This document shows positions 38,545-51,709 of a stretch of 64,000 nt of DNA, in pieces. A program made the position numbers and the translations under genes. Position 1 is the stretch's first letter. The number at the start of each line of letters is the position of its first letter. The notes beneath the pieces were generated by a model. The model was given only the letters and a program-made list of their open reading frames with translations, was not told the DNA's origin and made no database searches. Origin of the DNA: Octopus sinensis (lineage: Eukaryota); the NCBI RefSeq assembly GCF_006345805.1, contig NC_042998.1:156488001-156552000 (forward strand). The letters are read 5' to 3'.

Positions 38545-39592
38545 TGTTACGCCGCCACTCAAGCCCAAGGCCTTCTGATTCCACCACGGGAAGGGGGGAA
38601 GGCAGCGAACGCAGCCAGGAACCAACACAACAACAAAAGAAGAGAGACAGGTGGAAGTTGCGTAATTGAAACAATTTTTTTCATAACAAAACCAAAGCAT
38701 TCACAACAGTTTAACAGATCATGTACAGAGTTCGAAGAACAAATCATTTGCATTTAAACATAATACAGAGTTCGAAAAAAACAAATCATTTAACATTTGA
38801 CACAATACAGTTCGATTTTTCAAGACAAATCATTTTATTTTTACGTTTAACACAAAGCTCACAATCAAGTCTCTTAGAGCATCACTTTCCTTCTTTTTTT
38901 TTTAACATGACAGTTCTCAAAAAAGTTCCTTCTACTTTTAAAAACATTTCCAAGTTCTATTTTTTCTTCCTTTTTCTTTTCTCTTAATAACAGCCAACAA
39001 CACGCTCTTCTTTTTCTTTGCAACTGTTACATCAGAGCCTTTCTCTTTTCTTCTTTTTTTAGACATTTACATTTAAACATTAGAATTCAAAACATACAGA
39101 AAACAACATTAGCAGAACATTTGTTTCTGAACTCGTGTCCGCAACAATTTTTAACTTCGCAAACTCTCACTATAGCAACTTGCCTGGCCGCTCGTTGTCA
39201 TCTCTCCCACTACTCTCTCTCGTCCCCGCCATCTCCAACTACAACTGTCTGTCTCCGACTGTCATCTTCTTGGCTGCCTCTCTCCGACTCTCTCCCACTC
39301 ACTGACTCCTTAACTTAGTGCTATCCGTATTTATAATGGGTAGCAGCTAGAAGAAGAGAAATATCGATGACAGCAGTGTGTAGATCCCTCCCCAACATTT
39401 TAATTTTTTTAAAACTTTCCGTGACTGTGGGGGCCATAGGTCTCTGCCTAGGGCCATTAATAATCATGCTCTTTGACAGGACAAAGGAAATACCATTGTC
39501 CTGAACAACTGGAGCGCCAGTTCGATTCCAACTAATGGAACAAGGGGCATAATGTTTTTTTGTTCGTTTACATTTTCCTTGCATCTGTAACA
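38545..39592 (-). mobile_element. Solo LTR (1048 bp) with ATAT TSD
   Basis: TGTTAC...GTAACA termini flanked by ATAT (38541-38544, 39593-39596). Minus-strand TATAAAT near 39330 and AATAAA near 38835 suggest the orientation. Confidence 0.7.
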
Positions 39593-39596
<4 letters not shown>

Positions 39597-39633
<37 letters not shown>

Positions 39634-39658
39634 ATATATATTTATATATGTATGTATG

Positions 39659-39689
<31 letters not shown>

Positions 39690-40464
39690 ATATATATTTA
39701 TATATGTATGTATGTATATATATATTTATATATGTATGTATGTATATATATATTTATATATGTATGTATGTTATATATATTTATATATATATATATGTAT
39801 GTATATATATATTTATATATGTATGTATGTATATATTTATATATGTATGTATGTATATATTTATATATGTATGTATGTATATATTTATATATGTATGTAT
39901 GTATATATATATTTATATATGTATGTATGTATATATTTATATATGTATGTATGTATATATTTATATATGTATGTATGTATATATTTATATATGTATGTAT
40001 GTATGTATATATTTATATATGTATGTATGTATATATATTTATATATGTATGTATGTATATATATATTTATATATGTATGTATGTATATATTTATATATGT
40101 ATGTATGTATATATTTATATATGTATGTATGTATATATTTATATATGTATGTATGTATATATATATTTATATATGTATGTATGTATATATTTATATATGT
40201 ATGTATGTATATATTTATATATGTATGTATGTATATATTTATATATGTATGTATGTATGTATATATTTATATATGTATGTATGTATATATTTATATATGT
40301 ATGTATGTATATATTTATATATGTATGTATATATATATATTTATATATGTATGTATATATTTATATATATGTATGTATGTATATATTTATATATGTATGT
40401 ATGTATATATTTATATGTATGTATATATTTATATATGTATGTATATATTATATATATTTATATA

Positions 40465-40519
<55 letters not shown>

Positions 40520-40544
40520 TATTATATGTGTGTGTGTGTGTATG

Positions 40545-40575
<31 letters not shown>

Positions 40576-40603
40576 GTACATATTATATGTGTGTGTGTGT
40601 ATG

Positions 40604-40645
<42 letters not shown>
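39597..40645. repeat. Regular compound satellite (TATG)n-(TA)n-TT, units about 18-22 bp
   Basis: Recurrent unit tatatgtatgtatgtatatatt. Confidence 0.95.
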
Positions 40646-40647
<2 letters not shown>

Positions 40648-40893
40648 CAAGTGAGTGTGAAAAATGTTCTGAATTCTATTCCTGCCAAAGTAGAGTTTGC
40701 TATACATCCTTCTGGGGTTGATAAAATTTAGTGCCAGTATTCAAGTTAATCTAAGTGGTTGTTCCTTGCTCTAAATAATTTGTGTTTTTGTCCCTATGTT
40801 AGAAATTATTATTATTTACAAGTAGGATTCTTATGTTCAACAGTGCAAATTACAATGAATTGAACTATATTTTATTATTTTCTTTACTTTCAG

Positions 40894-41148
40894 GATGTGG
40901 AGACGTGCGTTGGTTGTCTTCAGAAAGAAGCAAATGTAAAACTCCAAAAGTTATGTACTGAACTGAGAGAAGGGGATTGTCAACAGTGTTATTGTCGTCC
41001 AATGTGGTGCCTTGATTGTATGGGCAAATGGTTTGCAAGTCAACAAGACAAAGATAGCTCTCAGACATGGCTAAGTGGTAAAACACCGTGTCCAACTTGC
41101 CGCAGAAGATTTTGTATCCTCGATGTCTGTTATATTACTCAACCGTGA
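40894..41148 (+). CDS. TMEM129: Terminal coding exon of E3 ubiquitin ligase TM129 (C-terminal RING)
   Basis: Acceptor ttttctttactttcag|GAT; DVETCVGCLQKEANVKLQKLC...CQQCYCRPMWCLDCMGKWFASQQ...WLSGKTPCPTCRRRFCILDVC-stop resembles the TMEM129 C-terminus as I recall it; AATAAA signals downstream. Upstream exons were not found in the window. Confidence 0.88.
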   Translation, partial: DVETCVGCLQKEANVKLQKLCTELREGDCQQCYCRPMWCLDCMGKWFASQQDKDSSQTWLSGKTPCPTCRRRFCILDVCYITQP

Positions 41149-42587
41149 TATTTTTATTCTGAATGAAATTGCTATTGTGGGCTTCAAATATGGTTAATTT
41201 AAATGCTTCAAACATGGTTAATTTAAATGCTTCAAACTGTTCATGTACTTGATTGTTGGTATTACTAATAACCGGGCTTAGTTCTAGGTATTGCTAATAA
41301 CCAATAAAATGTACATCTGTCTTATTTATATATTTGAACTGAGAAAACTTTTTTATTAATTACTTAGTCACAAAGTAAATTTTTATAAAGGACAAATATA
41401 ATCATTTGTCTCCAGTTTATTACTGCTGTTTGGCAACCCAATCGAGAAAAAGGGGAATAGCTGACTGTAATGAAATTTGGGCATAACTGAAGAGATGAGA
41501 TTAAACAATTGTAAAGCATTTTGTCTGGTGCTCTACTATTTCAACAATCTCCTCTATTTTAGAATTTGCAATAAAATTAACTTCAATAAAAGTTTGAATT
41601 TATTATCAGCACATTTTTTTCTGTTTTCCTCCTTTGCCTTTGAAGTGGTTAATCTAATAACCAAGTATCATGTGGCCTCACCAGTGATGCTAGTTATCCA
41701 TAGGTGTTGTGAATTTAAGTCTCGATAGATCTCTATTATCCTGTTGTGAATTAAGTTTCACTGATCCACTTGTCAACAGACCCATCCATTGGTGTATACG
41801 TGAGTTCTATGTATTAGCTGGAGCAAAACAGTAAAATAGCTCACTATTAAAACTTGTTAGTTAAAACAATGAACATTCAAGAGAATAACAGTCAATGAAA
41901 TGCTGTCCAACACCACATGTAGATAAAATTTGAAAGAAACAACTCTGCATGAAACAGACCTTAAAACCTTTAAAAGAATGTTTTCCATTATTTCACTTCA
42001 CATTATATACTAAAAGTTTAATATAAATAGATGACATTTAACAAGCCATATCTATATCAACTACAATATCAAGTAAGAAATACAATTACTACCTTCTTAA
42101 TGGCATAACTCTACATAGAATACATGCAACAATTCCAATACCTGACATATGGAAATAAATCATCATCATTTTTTTAACCTACACTTTCCATGCTTGTATG
42201 GGTTGGGCAGAGTTTATTGTGGCAGATTTTCTACAGCCTGAAACCCTTCCTGTCACCTACCCTCACTTGTTTTCAAACAAGGTAATATTTTCCAGTGGCC
42301 AGACATGTTTTTGCTGAATATTGGAAATGACAAGCACTGCTTGCATGACAGTGACACTTGTTTACAACTACCATGTGATCTCAAGATGAGACACACACAC
42401 ACATACATACACATAAGTGTGTACCAATGTGCCCATGAGATTGATAAGTGATTAGGTAGCTGGCGGGTATTTTTCTGAAGTTAGTGCTGCAGATAAACAT
42501 TACAGAACTTTTGTTGTCTTAATCCCTCCTTATTCTAAAACCTAAAGCTGTAACCTCCATGCACTTCATGAAATTCATTGGAGTGTA

Positions 42588-42650
<63 letters not shown>

Positions 42651-42654
42651 TATA

Positions 42655-43330
42655 TATCTCATCATCATTGTCATCTTCATTTAATGTCTGTTTTCCATGC
42701 TGGCATGGGTTGGATGGTTTGACGGAAGCTGGCCAGCTGAAGAGCTGCCCAGGCTTCATGTCTGTTTTAGCATGGTTTCTATGGCTGGATACCCTTCCCA
42801 ATGCAAACCACTTTACAGAGTGTACTGGGTACTTTTACAGGTGTGTTTATGTAGCACTAATACCCATAAGCCTGCAAGGTTAAGAATGCTCAGATGGAGA
42901 GGGAGCAGGGAATAGCCTGTATGCAAGGACAACCACACTTAGCTTGACATGTCTTTTCAAGCACAGCAAACCACCAGGAGCTTCAGTCCTCTCTCAACCC
43001 CCTTGTCAATCCGAACACCACTTTCTCACAATCCTTTCTCACCACTTCATCCCATATCTTCCTAGGTCTCCTACCACATATTTCCTCTACAATTTGACAT
43101 TGACACTTCTTGATGCAGCTGTCTTCATTCATATGCATTACATGACTGTACTAGCACAGTCTTCTCTCTTGCATACTATATTTAATGCCTCGTATACTGA
43201 GTTTTTCTCTCAAGTCACTCTCTGTTGTATATGCACGCTGACATTACCCATCCATTGGTGTATACTGGCTTCATTTCTTTTAAGCCTTTGCATATCCTCA
43301 GTAGTCACAGCCCACGTCTCACTGCCGTAA
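42655..43330 (-). mobile_element. Old, diverged RTE 3' fragment
   Basis: (cat)n plus a diverged 3' UTR; YGSETWAVT-like remnant near 43310-43330. Confidence 0.7.
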
Positions 43331-43352
43331 ATATTTATATTTGTTATGTGTG

Positions 43353-43626
43353 ACAGAAGCAGTATTAGTTCAAAATAGTAATTCATGTATCATACTTAAA
43401 GCTGATACCTTGTGGAAAACCTGATAAACTGTGGTAATTGTCTCAAGATGGCATCTCATATATATGTATAGCATTAAAAAAATATTTCGATCTGTAGCTG
43501 ATGAAAATTGTCCAACAGTGGTGGTGGCATTGCTAAATATGTATTTCTGCCTCACTGAACTTTCAGTGATGTATCTGCTTTAAGTTTGATACATAGAATA
43601 CTATTTTGAACTAATACTGCTTCTGT
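43353..43626. mobile_element. MITE-like element (274 bp) with about 55-bp TIRs
   Basis: acagaagcagtattagttcaaaatagta.. vs ..tactattttgaactaatactgcttctgt. No clear TSD. Confidence 0.7.
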
Positions 43627-44099
43627 TGGCCATAAGTTTTTATTCAACCTGCCAGCTAAGTGCAACATCAATGATTTTTCTGTCACTGTTTCTCTGTATT
43701 AATGGAGACTGTTTTTATCTTAGTATGTGGTTGCCAGTGGATTCTTGCTACTGACAAAGCCCAGACTATGCCTTTCATCCTCTCAGGATCAATAAAATAA
43801 GTACAACTTGACTACTGGAGTCAATGTAATTGGTTGGCTCCTCCACTAAACTTCCTGACCTTTCTATTATAATGTCTACAACAATAGGGGGAAGTCATCT
43901 ACCCTCACTGACAGTAGTTTCCTCACTGCTGGAATGAATTCAAGACAGAAAGCCTGCAAGCTTTCCAACCTTCTAAAGTGAACCTTCTGGTCCCTTGCCA
44001 AGAGAGTCTATATCAACATTGCAAAATTCTTCAACTGACTGTACCTCAATAAAAATGGCTTTGTAGCATTCAATTATACAACCTATCTCATTTACTTAC

Positions 44100-44400
44100 T
44101 TCTTCATTTTCAAATTCCCTTTTTTAATCTCCATGCATTTACCTAATCCAAAAACTGTTTTGAATGCTCCAATCCTGATAACATCATTTTCATTGCTATT
44201 TCAAATTTCCTCCTACAGGAATCTATCCCACTCTTTGGAAGTACACTATAATATGTCCCATATCTGAGAAAGGCAATCTCTCCTACTCTACCAACTACCA
44301 ACCTATCACTCTTGATTTCAGCATCCCAAAGGTGATGGAAAGTTATAAATGATTGCTTCCTTCATCACAATGAATCCCTCCTTTTCCTCCTCCTTATTCT
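44100..44400 (+). mobile_element. Highly degenerate LINE RT fragment
   Basis: TGIYPTLWKYTIICPISEKGN...NYQPITL...PKVME resembles RT domains 1-2. Confidence 0.6.
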
Positions 44401-45129
44401 GTACAGCTTCTACAGAACCAGATTTACCTGTTTTATGAATAGAGCAAATGCAAATATATAAGAATATTTTTAATTTATCAAGTGGGCTCACAGAAATTAA
44501 GCTTTCACTATCTTAAAAAATTAAATGCATGATCTTTCATCATAATCAATAAAGGAAAAAAAATCCCAGTATTCAATCCATGCAGTTTGTTTTTGGCCTG
44601 TGTGTCATGTGTCTTAGATGGATAATGTAACTATATTTTCAGGGAGCTATACATAATGTGGGTCACACCTTTGGTTCTCGCATCTAAGTATGTATAAGGT
44701 ATTTTATTTTTCTTTCCAGTTCCTGGACTGTAAAGGCATACTTAAGTGCTTTTCCATTTTGTGTAGGATAATTTTAACAAATGTATTGTCTAAAATACTA
44801 GCCTATGGATCCTATCTGTCTTGTTTTTTTTTTGTTTTTTTTTTGGATTGGAGCTTCCTGTCAGATTGCACTCTGAGTACACAGCCTATCTGGTGTACTT
44901 AAAGTTCCAGTATGTCTTTTTATGTACACTAACAACCTACTTACTGTCACATCAACTCACACACACATCTACACAAAAGATTCTGCACACCACTTCTTAA
45001 CCTGCTGCACACAAGCTTCAATTTAAATATCTCATGTATGGCATGAACATCATGTGCATGTTCCTCATGTAAGAAAACATCAAAGAAACAATCTTGTACC
45101 TCATGCTCTATATGTATGGTTAGCACATA

Positions 45130-45723
45130 CTGTAAATCCAAGTATAATCCGCATTTTTTCCCCAGAATTTAAAGGTCAAAATCCCTAGTGCATACCATAT
45201 ACGAGGTTAAAAATGAAAAATATTTTCTAAGCAATGTCCAAGTCTCTATTTGCTGTCTGGCAATCTTTATTCAGACACATTTTGTGGTGTCGGGCACGAA
45301 AATACCTTAAGCTAAGCCTGAAAGCAATGAAGGCATAAAAGAATCATCTATAACTTGCAGTAAGCAACATTTATTAAAATAAAAGTATTCAGATCACAGA
45401 ATAACATGTAACAAAAACAATTTGCAAACATATTTACATTCCCATATAACAGTTAAGAACATCACCATTATTGTATTACGCATGCGCGGAAATGTTTGTT
45501 CGACTAGGTACTGCTGGCTTAATTAATTGTGCTTAATAGTTTAGCACTAAACAGTTCATCCTGCTGTTTGTATTGGCAGTTGGCATCATTACCGTGGCAA
45601 ACAATAGATAATTAAATACCAGTATTAAATGTTTGAACTACTGTGGGTCTTTACTAAGGTTTTTATAAGCGGGACTTAAAAACCTGAACATTAATCTCCA
45701 ATAAAACATTTTATACATTACAA

Positions 45724-45765
<42 letters not shown>

Positions 45766-48615
45766 TTAACATCCGTTTTCCATGCTAGCATGGATTGGAC
45801 GGTTCAACCGGGGATCTGGGAAGCCAGAAGGCTGCACCAGGCTCCAGTCTTATCTGGCAATGTTTCTACAGCTGGATGCCCTTCCTAACACCAACCACTC
45901 CATGAGTGTAGTGGGTGCTTTTTACGTGCCACCTGCACAGGTGCCATGTGAGGCTGGCGACAGCCACGGTTGGATTGGTGCATTTTACGTGCCACCGGCA
46001 CCGAAGCCAGTTGAGGCAGCACTGGCTTAGGCCACGATTTGGATGGTGCTTTTTACGTGCCACCGGCACGTAGGCCAGTCGAGGTGGCGCTGGCATCGGC
46101 CACGATTCGGATAGTGCTTTTTACGTACCACCAGTCCAGGGGTCCTGGCATCTGCCGGGTGCCAGTCATAGGATTGGTTCAATTTCGATTTCGATTTCAA
46201 TTTCAATTTCGCTTGCCCCAATAGGTCTTCACAAGCATGGGTGCCTGTCATCGAATGAGGTTCGATATCAACTTCGCTTGCCTCAACAGGTCTTTGTGTG
46301 TCCAAGGGAGGAAAGGCATGCATAAGTGGGCTGGACTCACTTGTCCTGCCTGGTCTTCTCATGTACAGCATATTTCCAAAGGTCTCGGTCGCTGGTCATT
46401 TCCTCAGTGAGGCCTAATGTTCGAAGGTCGTGCTTCACCACCTCGTCCCAGGTTTTCCTGGGTCTACCTCTTCCACAGGTTCCCTCAACTGCTAGGGATT
46501 GGCACTTTTTCACACACCTATCTTCATCCATTCTCGCCACATGACCATACCAGCGCAATCGTCTTTCTTGCACACCACAACTGATGCTTCTTAGGTCCAA
46601 CATTTCTCTCAAGGTACTAACGCTCTGTCGAGTATGCACACTGACATTACACATCCATCGGAGCATACTGGCTTCATTCCTCGCGAGCTTACGCATGTCC
46701 TCAGCAGTCATGGCCCATGTTTCACTGCCATGTAGCATGGCTGTTCGTACACATGCATCATACAGTCTGCCTTTTACTCTGAGCGAGAGGCCTTTAGTCA
46801 CCAGCAGAGGTAAGAGCTCCCTAAACTTTGCCCAGGCTATTCTTACTCTAGCAGTTACACCTTCAACGCACCCACCCCCACTACTGACTTGGTCACCTAG
46901 GTAACGGAAGCTATCAACTACTTCTAGTTTTTCCACCTGGAAAGTGACGGAAGTTGTTTTCTGCAGCTTTTCAGAGTTTAATGCTCCCGAGCATCTGCCA
47001 CATACAAAAACTATCTTCCCAGTTAGCCTTCCTTTGACATTGCTGCACCTCTTATGTGTCCATAGCTTACACTGGGTACATCTTATAGAGTTTCTACCTA
47101 CACCTTTTCTACAGATCGAGCAGGGCCATCTTCCTGAAGACATTTGTGGATTGTCTACCTTCCTACTTATTAGTACTTTGGTTTTAGCTAGGTTGACTCT
47201 AAAGCCCCTCGATTCTAAACCCTCCTTCCACACCTGGAACTTCTCCTCCAGTTCTGATAGTGACTCAGCAATTAGAGCAAGGTCATCAGCATAGAGGAGC
47301 TCCCAGGGGCAACCTGTCTTGAATTCCTCCGTAATTGCCTGGAGGACTATGATAAATAGGAGGGGGCTGAGTACTGAACCCTGGTGGACCCCAACCTCTA
47401 CTTTGAATTCTTCTGTGTACATGTTGCCAACCCTAACCTTACTTACGGCATCCCTGCACATGGCTTGCACAGCCCTCACCAGCCATTCATCTATCCCTAG
47501 TTTCCTCATTGACCACCAGATAAGGGATCGGGGGACCCTGTCAAAGGCTTTCTCCATGTCAACGAAAGCCAGGTACAGGGGCTTATCTTTGGTTAGGTAT
47601 TTCTCCTGCAGCTGTCTTACCAGGAATATAGCATCAGTGGTGCTTTTCCCTGGCATGAAACCAAACTGCATCTCGTCCAAGTTGACTCTCTCCCTAATCA
47701 GTTGGGCTATGACCCTCTCTGTAACCTTCATTACCTGATCCAACAGCTTGATACCTCTGTAATTATTTGTATCTAGGGCGTCTCCTTTACCTTTGTAGCA
47801 GTTGACTAGTATGCTGCTACACCAGTCATTGGGTATGACTCCTTCGTGTATCACCTGGTTAATTATATGGGCGACTAGGTTATAGCCGACACTGCCAGAT
47901 ATTTTGAGCATCTCTGCAGTAATTCCTGATGGGCCTGGGGCTTTCCCTGTCTTCATGCTTCTAATTGCCTTAACTACCAAAGAATTGTCAACTCGGATGG
48001 CTAGTCCCTCTGTTGGGTTGATATTCGGCAGACTCTCTTTATCCCATTCATTTTCTTTATTCTTTATTCATAGTGGCATCTCCAAACTTCTCTCTTTGCA
48101 TCCTCATTTAGTGCAAATGAACCATCATCCATGCAGACACATTTCTCTCCTACCACATCACGATTCTCTCTCACACACTGTCTTGCAACACGAAATACCT
48201 CAAGTCTTTCATCCTCACGGCGCAGAACATTGGCAAATTTTTTCTTATCAAATTTACATGCCCATAAAATGCCTCGTAGTTCTTATTCAGCTATGTTTAA
48301 ACTTGAAGTTATATCATATGCTGAAGAGCACGGTAATAGGACCACCGGAAGAAAATTTGATGTTGACGAAAGCAATGTCAGGTTATGGAGAAGAAATAAA
48401 GATGAAATTAAACAGATACCAAAGATAAAGAAGGCAATAATAAAGGACGTTACTGTATACATTTTTACAAACCAAGGACGTTATATAGACCTCCTTGACT
48501 CAAGTTAAAGAAGGGGTGCATATTATACACAAGGTTTAGGTTTTTCTGAGGTACAGCCCCCTAAAAATCCCCTGTGTATTATACTCAAGGGTGGACTATA
48601 CTCGAGGATTTACAG
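45130..48615 (+). mobile_element. pogo/Tigger-like deletion derivative containing a nested RTE
   Basis: TA|CTGTAAATCC...GGATTTACAG|TA; HTH remnant MPRSSYSAMFKLEVISYAEEHGNRTTGRKFDVDESNVRLWRR at about 48269-48440. Confidence 0.8.
45724..48249 (-). mobile_element. 5'-truncated RTE LINE with an uninterrupted 547-codon RT-C-terminus
   Basis: ORF 46337-47980 with RT motifs (QGSVLSP, YADD); 3' UTR and (ATG)n at 45724-46330. Confidence 0.95.
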
Positions 48616-48964
48616 TAGCTAAGACCTTCAGAGAAAAAGTAAATGTTAGTCATGTCATATAAACATAATTAAAATGCACCACAGAGACCAAGAATCCTCT
48701 TGAGAGCCAGGAAATACTCTGGTCCTGATCAGTTACTGAATCTCTACAAATCTCATGTCCCACATTCGATTATGTGAACCTATCCATCATTCCCAGTCCA
48801 CTGTCCTTATACTCTCTTCTAACTCACCTTCTTGTACCTTGAGAATCTACCTTGATACCTCGTCACCTCCATCTTTATCTCACTTTCCAGTTACTCCCAC
48901 CCACCCTTATATAATATGGGTTATCCATTTACCTCCTCTGTAGCAAAATACCTTTTCCTGACTA

Positions 48965-50638
48965 ATATGCTGCAAACCCCTAATTTTTGTTCAGAAAAGT
49001 GGTTGTTGGGGTGGGGGGATGCATCCCGAATCATTGGAATTTTTTTTTTTTCTGTTGAATGAATTATGGTGATCTCCTAATATGCAACAACACCCATTTT
49101 TTGGGGGTCCGGGGAAACGGGGGAAGGACCCTCGGAAATTTCACCCCCGCCATTTTCAAATATTCTTTGCTGTGTTTTTTTATGCCCGTATTTTTAGATA
49201 ACATTTCGCAGAAATACGTTTGAGAGATTTGTCTTTCAAATTTATTCAGCAATCTGGAATTATTATATATCATCACGGATATAATTATCCTGTGATTTTA
49301 AGAGGTATGAAAAAGATATTTTGTTTTAACCCCTTAATGGATTATCCCGAATTTACTCGTGCATTGCAAATGTATCTTTTTAGACTCGGTCGAAATTAAC
49401 TTTTAATTTTAGCACTCAAACGAGTATATTTGTTTTGTGTCGTTTCATTTTTGAGCAATCACGAATTTACTCGCGTTGTCGTACGCCTGGCAGCACATAT
49501 TCTGGTGCCATTTCAAAGAGTTTATGCTTCTGAGTTTTGAACTTTTACTTCTGTGCATATTCAGCTTCAGGAGGAGGTTGATGTCATTTTAGAACTGTCT
49601 CGTTTTGATTCTCTATTATTTATACAAATAAGAGAATTATTTACGCATTTTTTTTTCTTAAAACTTATGAAGATTTAGATATATTCAGCGATCACGAAAG
49701 CGATTTTTCATTTCACGATCTGGAAAGCTCTGGAGACGAATTAGACACGTGTAGTTCAGACTCTGACAATTTTTCAGAAGATGACAAAGAAGATAATCAG
49801 ATAGATGCTCGTGTATGGCACGAAATCAATTGCTTGTCTGATTCGAAGAGAAAGCAGATACATGTGTGATGACTACAAGATAATTTTGTGTGTAACGCCT
49901 TGTTTAAAAAATTATCATTCTAAATAAACTATCTCATTTTTCAAAAAAATTTCCTTTGATTTAAAAGCAATACATCTTATAAAAAATCGAAGATAGTTAA
50001 GTTATATGTATTTTTTTAATGTCCGAGTTAACTCATTTAAATCCAATTGAGTAAAAGTACATTTTAATTTCTATAATAAAAAATAAAGGAAACAAGATAA
50101 AAAAACAACTTTTTTTAAATAACACAGTTTATATAATTAAAAAAGGAAATTAAAAAATATGCTCTGAAATGAAATGCCATGTCAAAATAATCGATCCATT
50201 AAGGGGATAATATACATTTACTTGTTCCACACACATACACTCGTGTTTTTTTAGATGAATTCTTTATCATTCTTTCTCTCTCCACAGACTTCGTTACCAC
50301 TAACTTCCATAACCTCTGTATTTTCACTTATTCTTTTTAGTATTCTTTTCAAACTTGCTTGAATTTTCAATTTAATGTGGATTACACACTCTCTCGAAAA
50401 GGTATTTCTGCAATATGTCGCCTAAAATTGTGAGTAAAGAAAGAAACATAAAAAAATATCTGAAAATAGGGTTGGGGTTCTAGGGTTCCCAACACCTCCC
50501 CCTCCCCGTTTTCCGGACCCAAAAAAGGGGTAATTCATTCAACGAAAAAAAAAAATTCCATTGATTCCGGAATTGGGGTGGGCGGTTTCCCACCCCACTT
50601 TTTTTCCGAACAAAAAAAAAGCGGGGGTTGCAGCATAT
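48965..50638. mobile_element. Foldback/MITE-like element with about 300-bp degenerate inverted arms
   Basis: atatgctgcaa...ttgcagcatat termini; further arm matches such as gggtccggggaaacgggg/ccccgttttccggaccc, and gtatttctgc in the right arm vs gcagaaatac in the left. Confidence 0.7.
49330..50206 (+). mobile_element. Internally deleted piggyBac
   Basis: 13-bp perfect TIR CCCCTTAATGGAT; TTAA/ATAA flanks; acidic N-terminal remnant and C-terminal Cys-rich RRESRYMCDDYKIILCVTPCLKNYH. Confidence 0.82.
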
Positions 50639-51709
50639 GGTACTTAATTCCACGCAAAAAATCCGAGATTTTTTTTTTTTTTACTGAAAAATCGTGTGGT
50701 TGAAAGTATCGAAATTTACCGATTTAAATTCGTCCCAAAAATGCAGCGAAGACATTTCTACTTATCATGACCTGCGAGCTGGGGGCTCTTGTTTATTTAG
50801 ACTAAAGTCGTTGGTTAGTTGAGTTGATGGTTAGATAACGAGTAAGTTTACGCACACATGCATACATGAACGTACACACGTATGAGTGCGTGTGTACACG
50901 TATGTATGCAGGTGTGTTAGAAAGAACAGACTGTAATCCCACGACTAATTCAGTGTTTAAACATGAAAATATATTCGCTGTCTTCCAGTAATGTAGCTAG
51001 AGTGTGTGTCGCCCGAGGTAACCCCGGAGTTTGCAACTCCACACCACTCAGAAGTGTTGTTCCTGTAAAAGCGCAAACAGGGACGGACTACCCATCTCTC
51101 TTCCACTTTATTTATAAAGTGGACCCTATCGTCGCTAAATTTACACCGAGCATTAAACTATTCAGGTTACACGAATATCTGATTTGTCGAAAGGGTTGTT
51201 TTTCCAAATCCTTTTTTATTTCCCACACTCAATAGGGTTATACACTCACGCATGGGGTTATACACCACTCATGCGTGCGCGCGCGTAAGTGCGTGTTATA
51301 CTCACACACGCACGCGCGCACACACAGAGAGAAGAAGAGTGTTGGTTATAGATAGGCAATGTTTTTGAAAATATCGTTTTAATCTTCTTTTTATTGTATG
51401 TCATATTTTTCCCTTTTTGAATCAAGGAAAGAAAATACTAGTGATGGTAACGTTAAAATATTCGTGATGAAGAATTTTGTAACTTTTAGTTTCACTCTTC
51501 CATCCTTCTTGTTGAAATGCCGCTGAGGTTAACTTTGCTTTTCATAATTCTAAGTTGATAAATTGACTATCAGTAATATCAATGTGTTACAATTGAAATA
51601 AATTGTCGGATATTAAAACTAAAAAGATAATTTTACAGTAGTTTATTTAACTTCTTTATTAATATTCTTTTGTAAATGATGAACATTTATATAAACCAAT
51701 CATTTAAGA

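Noticed and set aside
39597-40645. Regular repeat array as a CRISPR-like structure
   Set aside because: There are no unique spacers; it is a eukaryotic compound microsatellite.
43370-43555. Possible minus-strand exon ending aag|gtatca
   Set aside because: It lies inside a 274-bp element with 55-bp TIRs, and the peptide resembles nothing I recognise.
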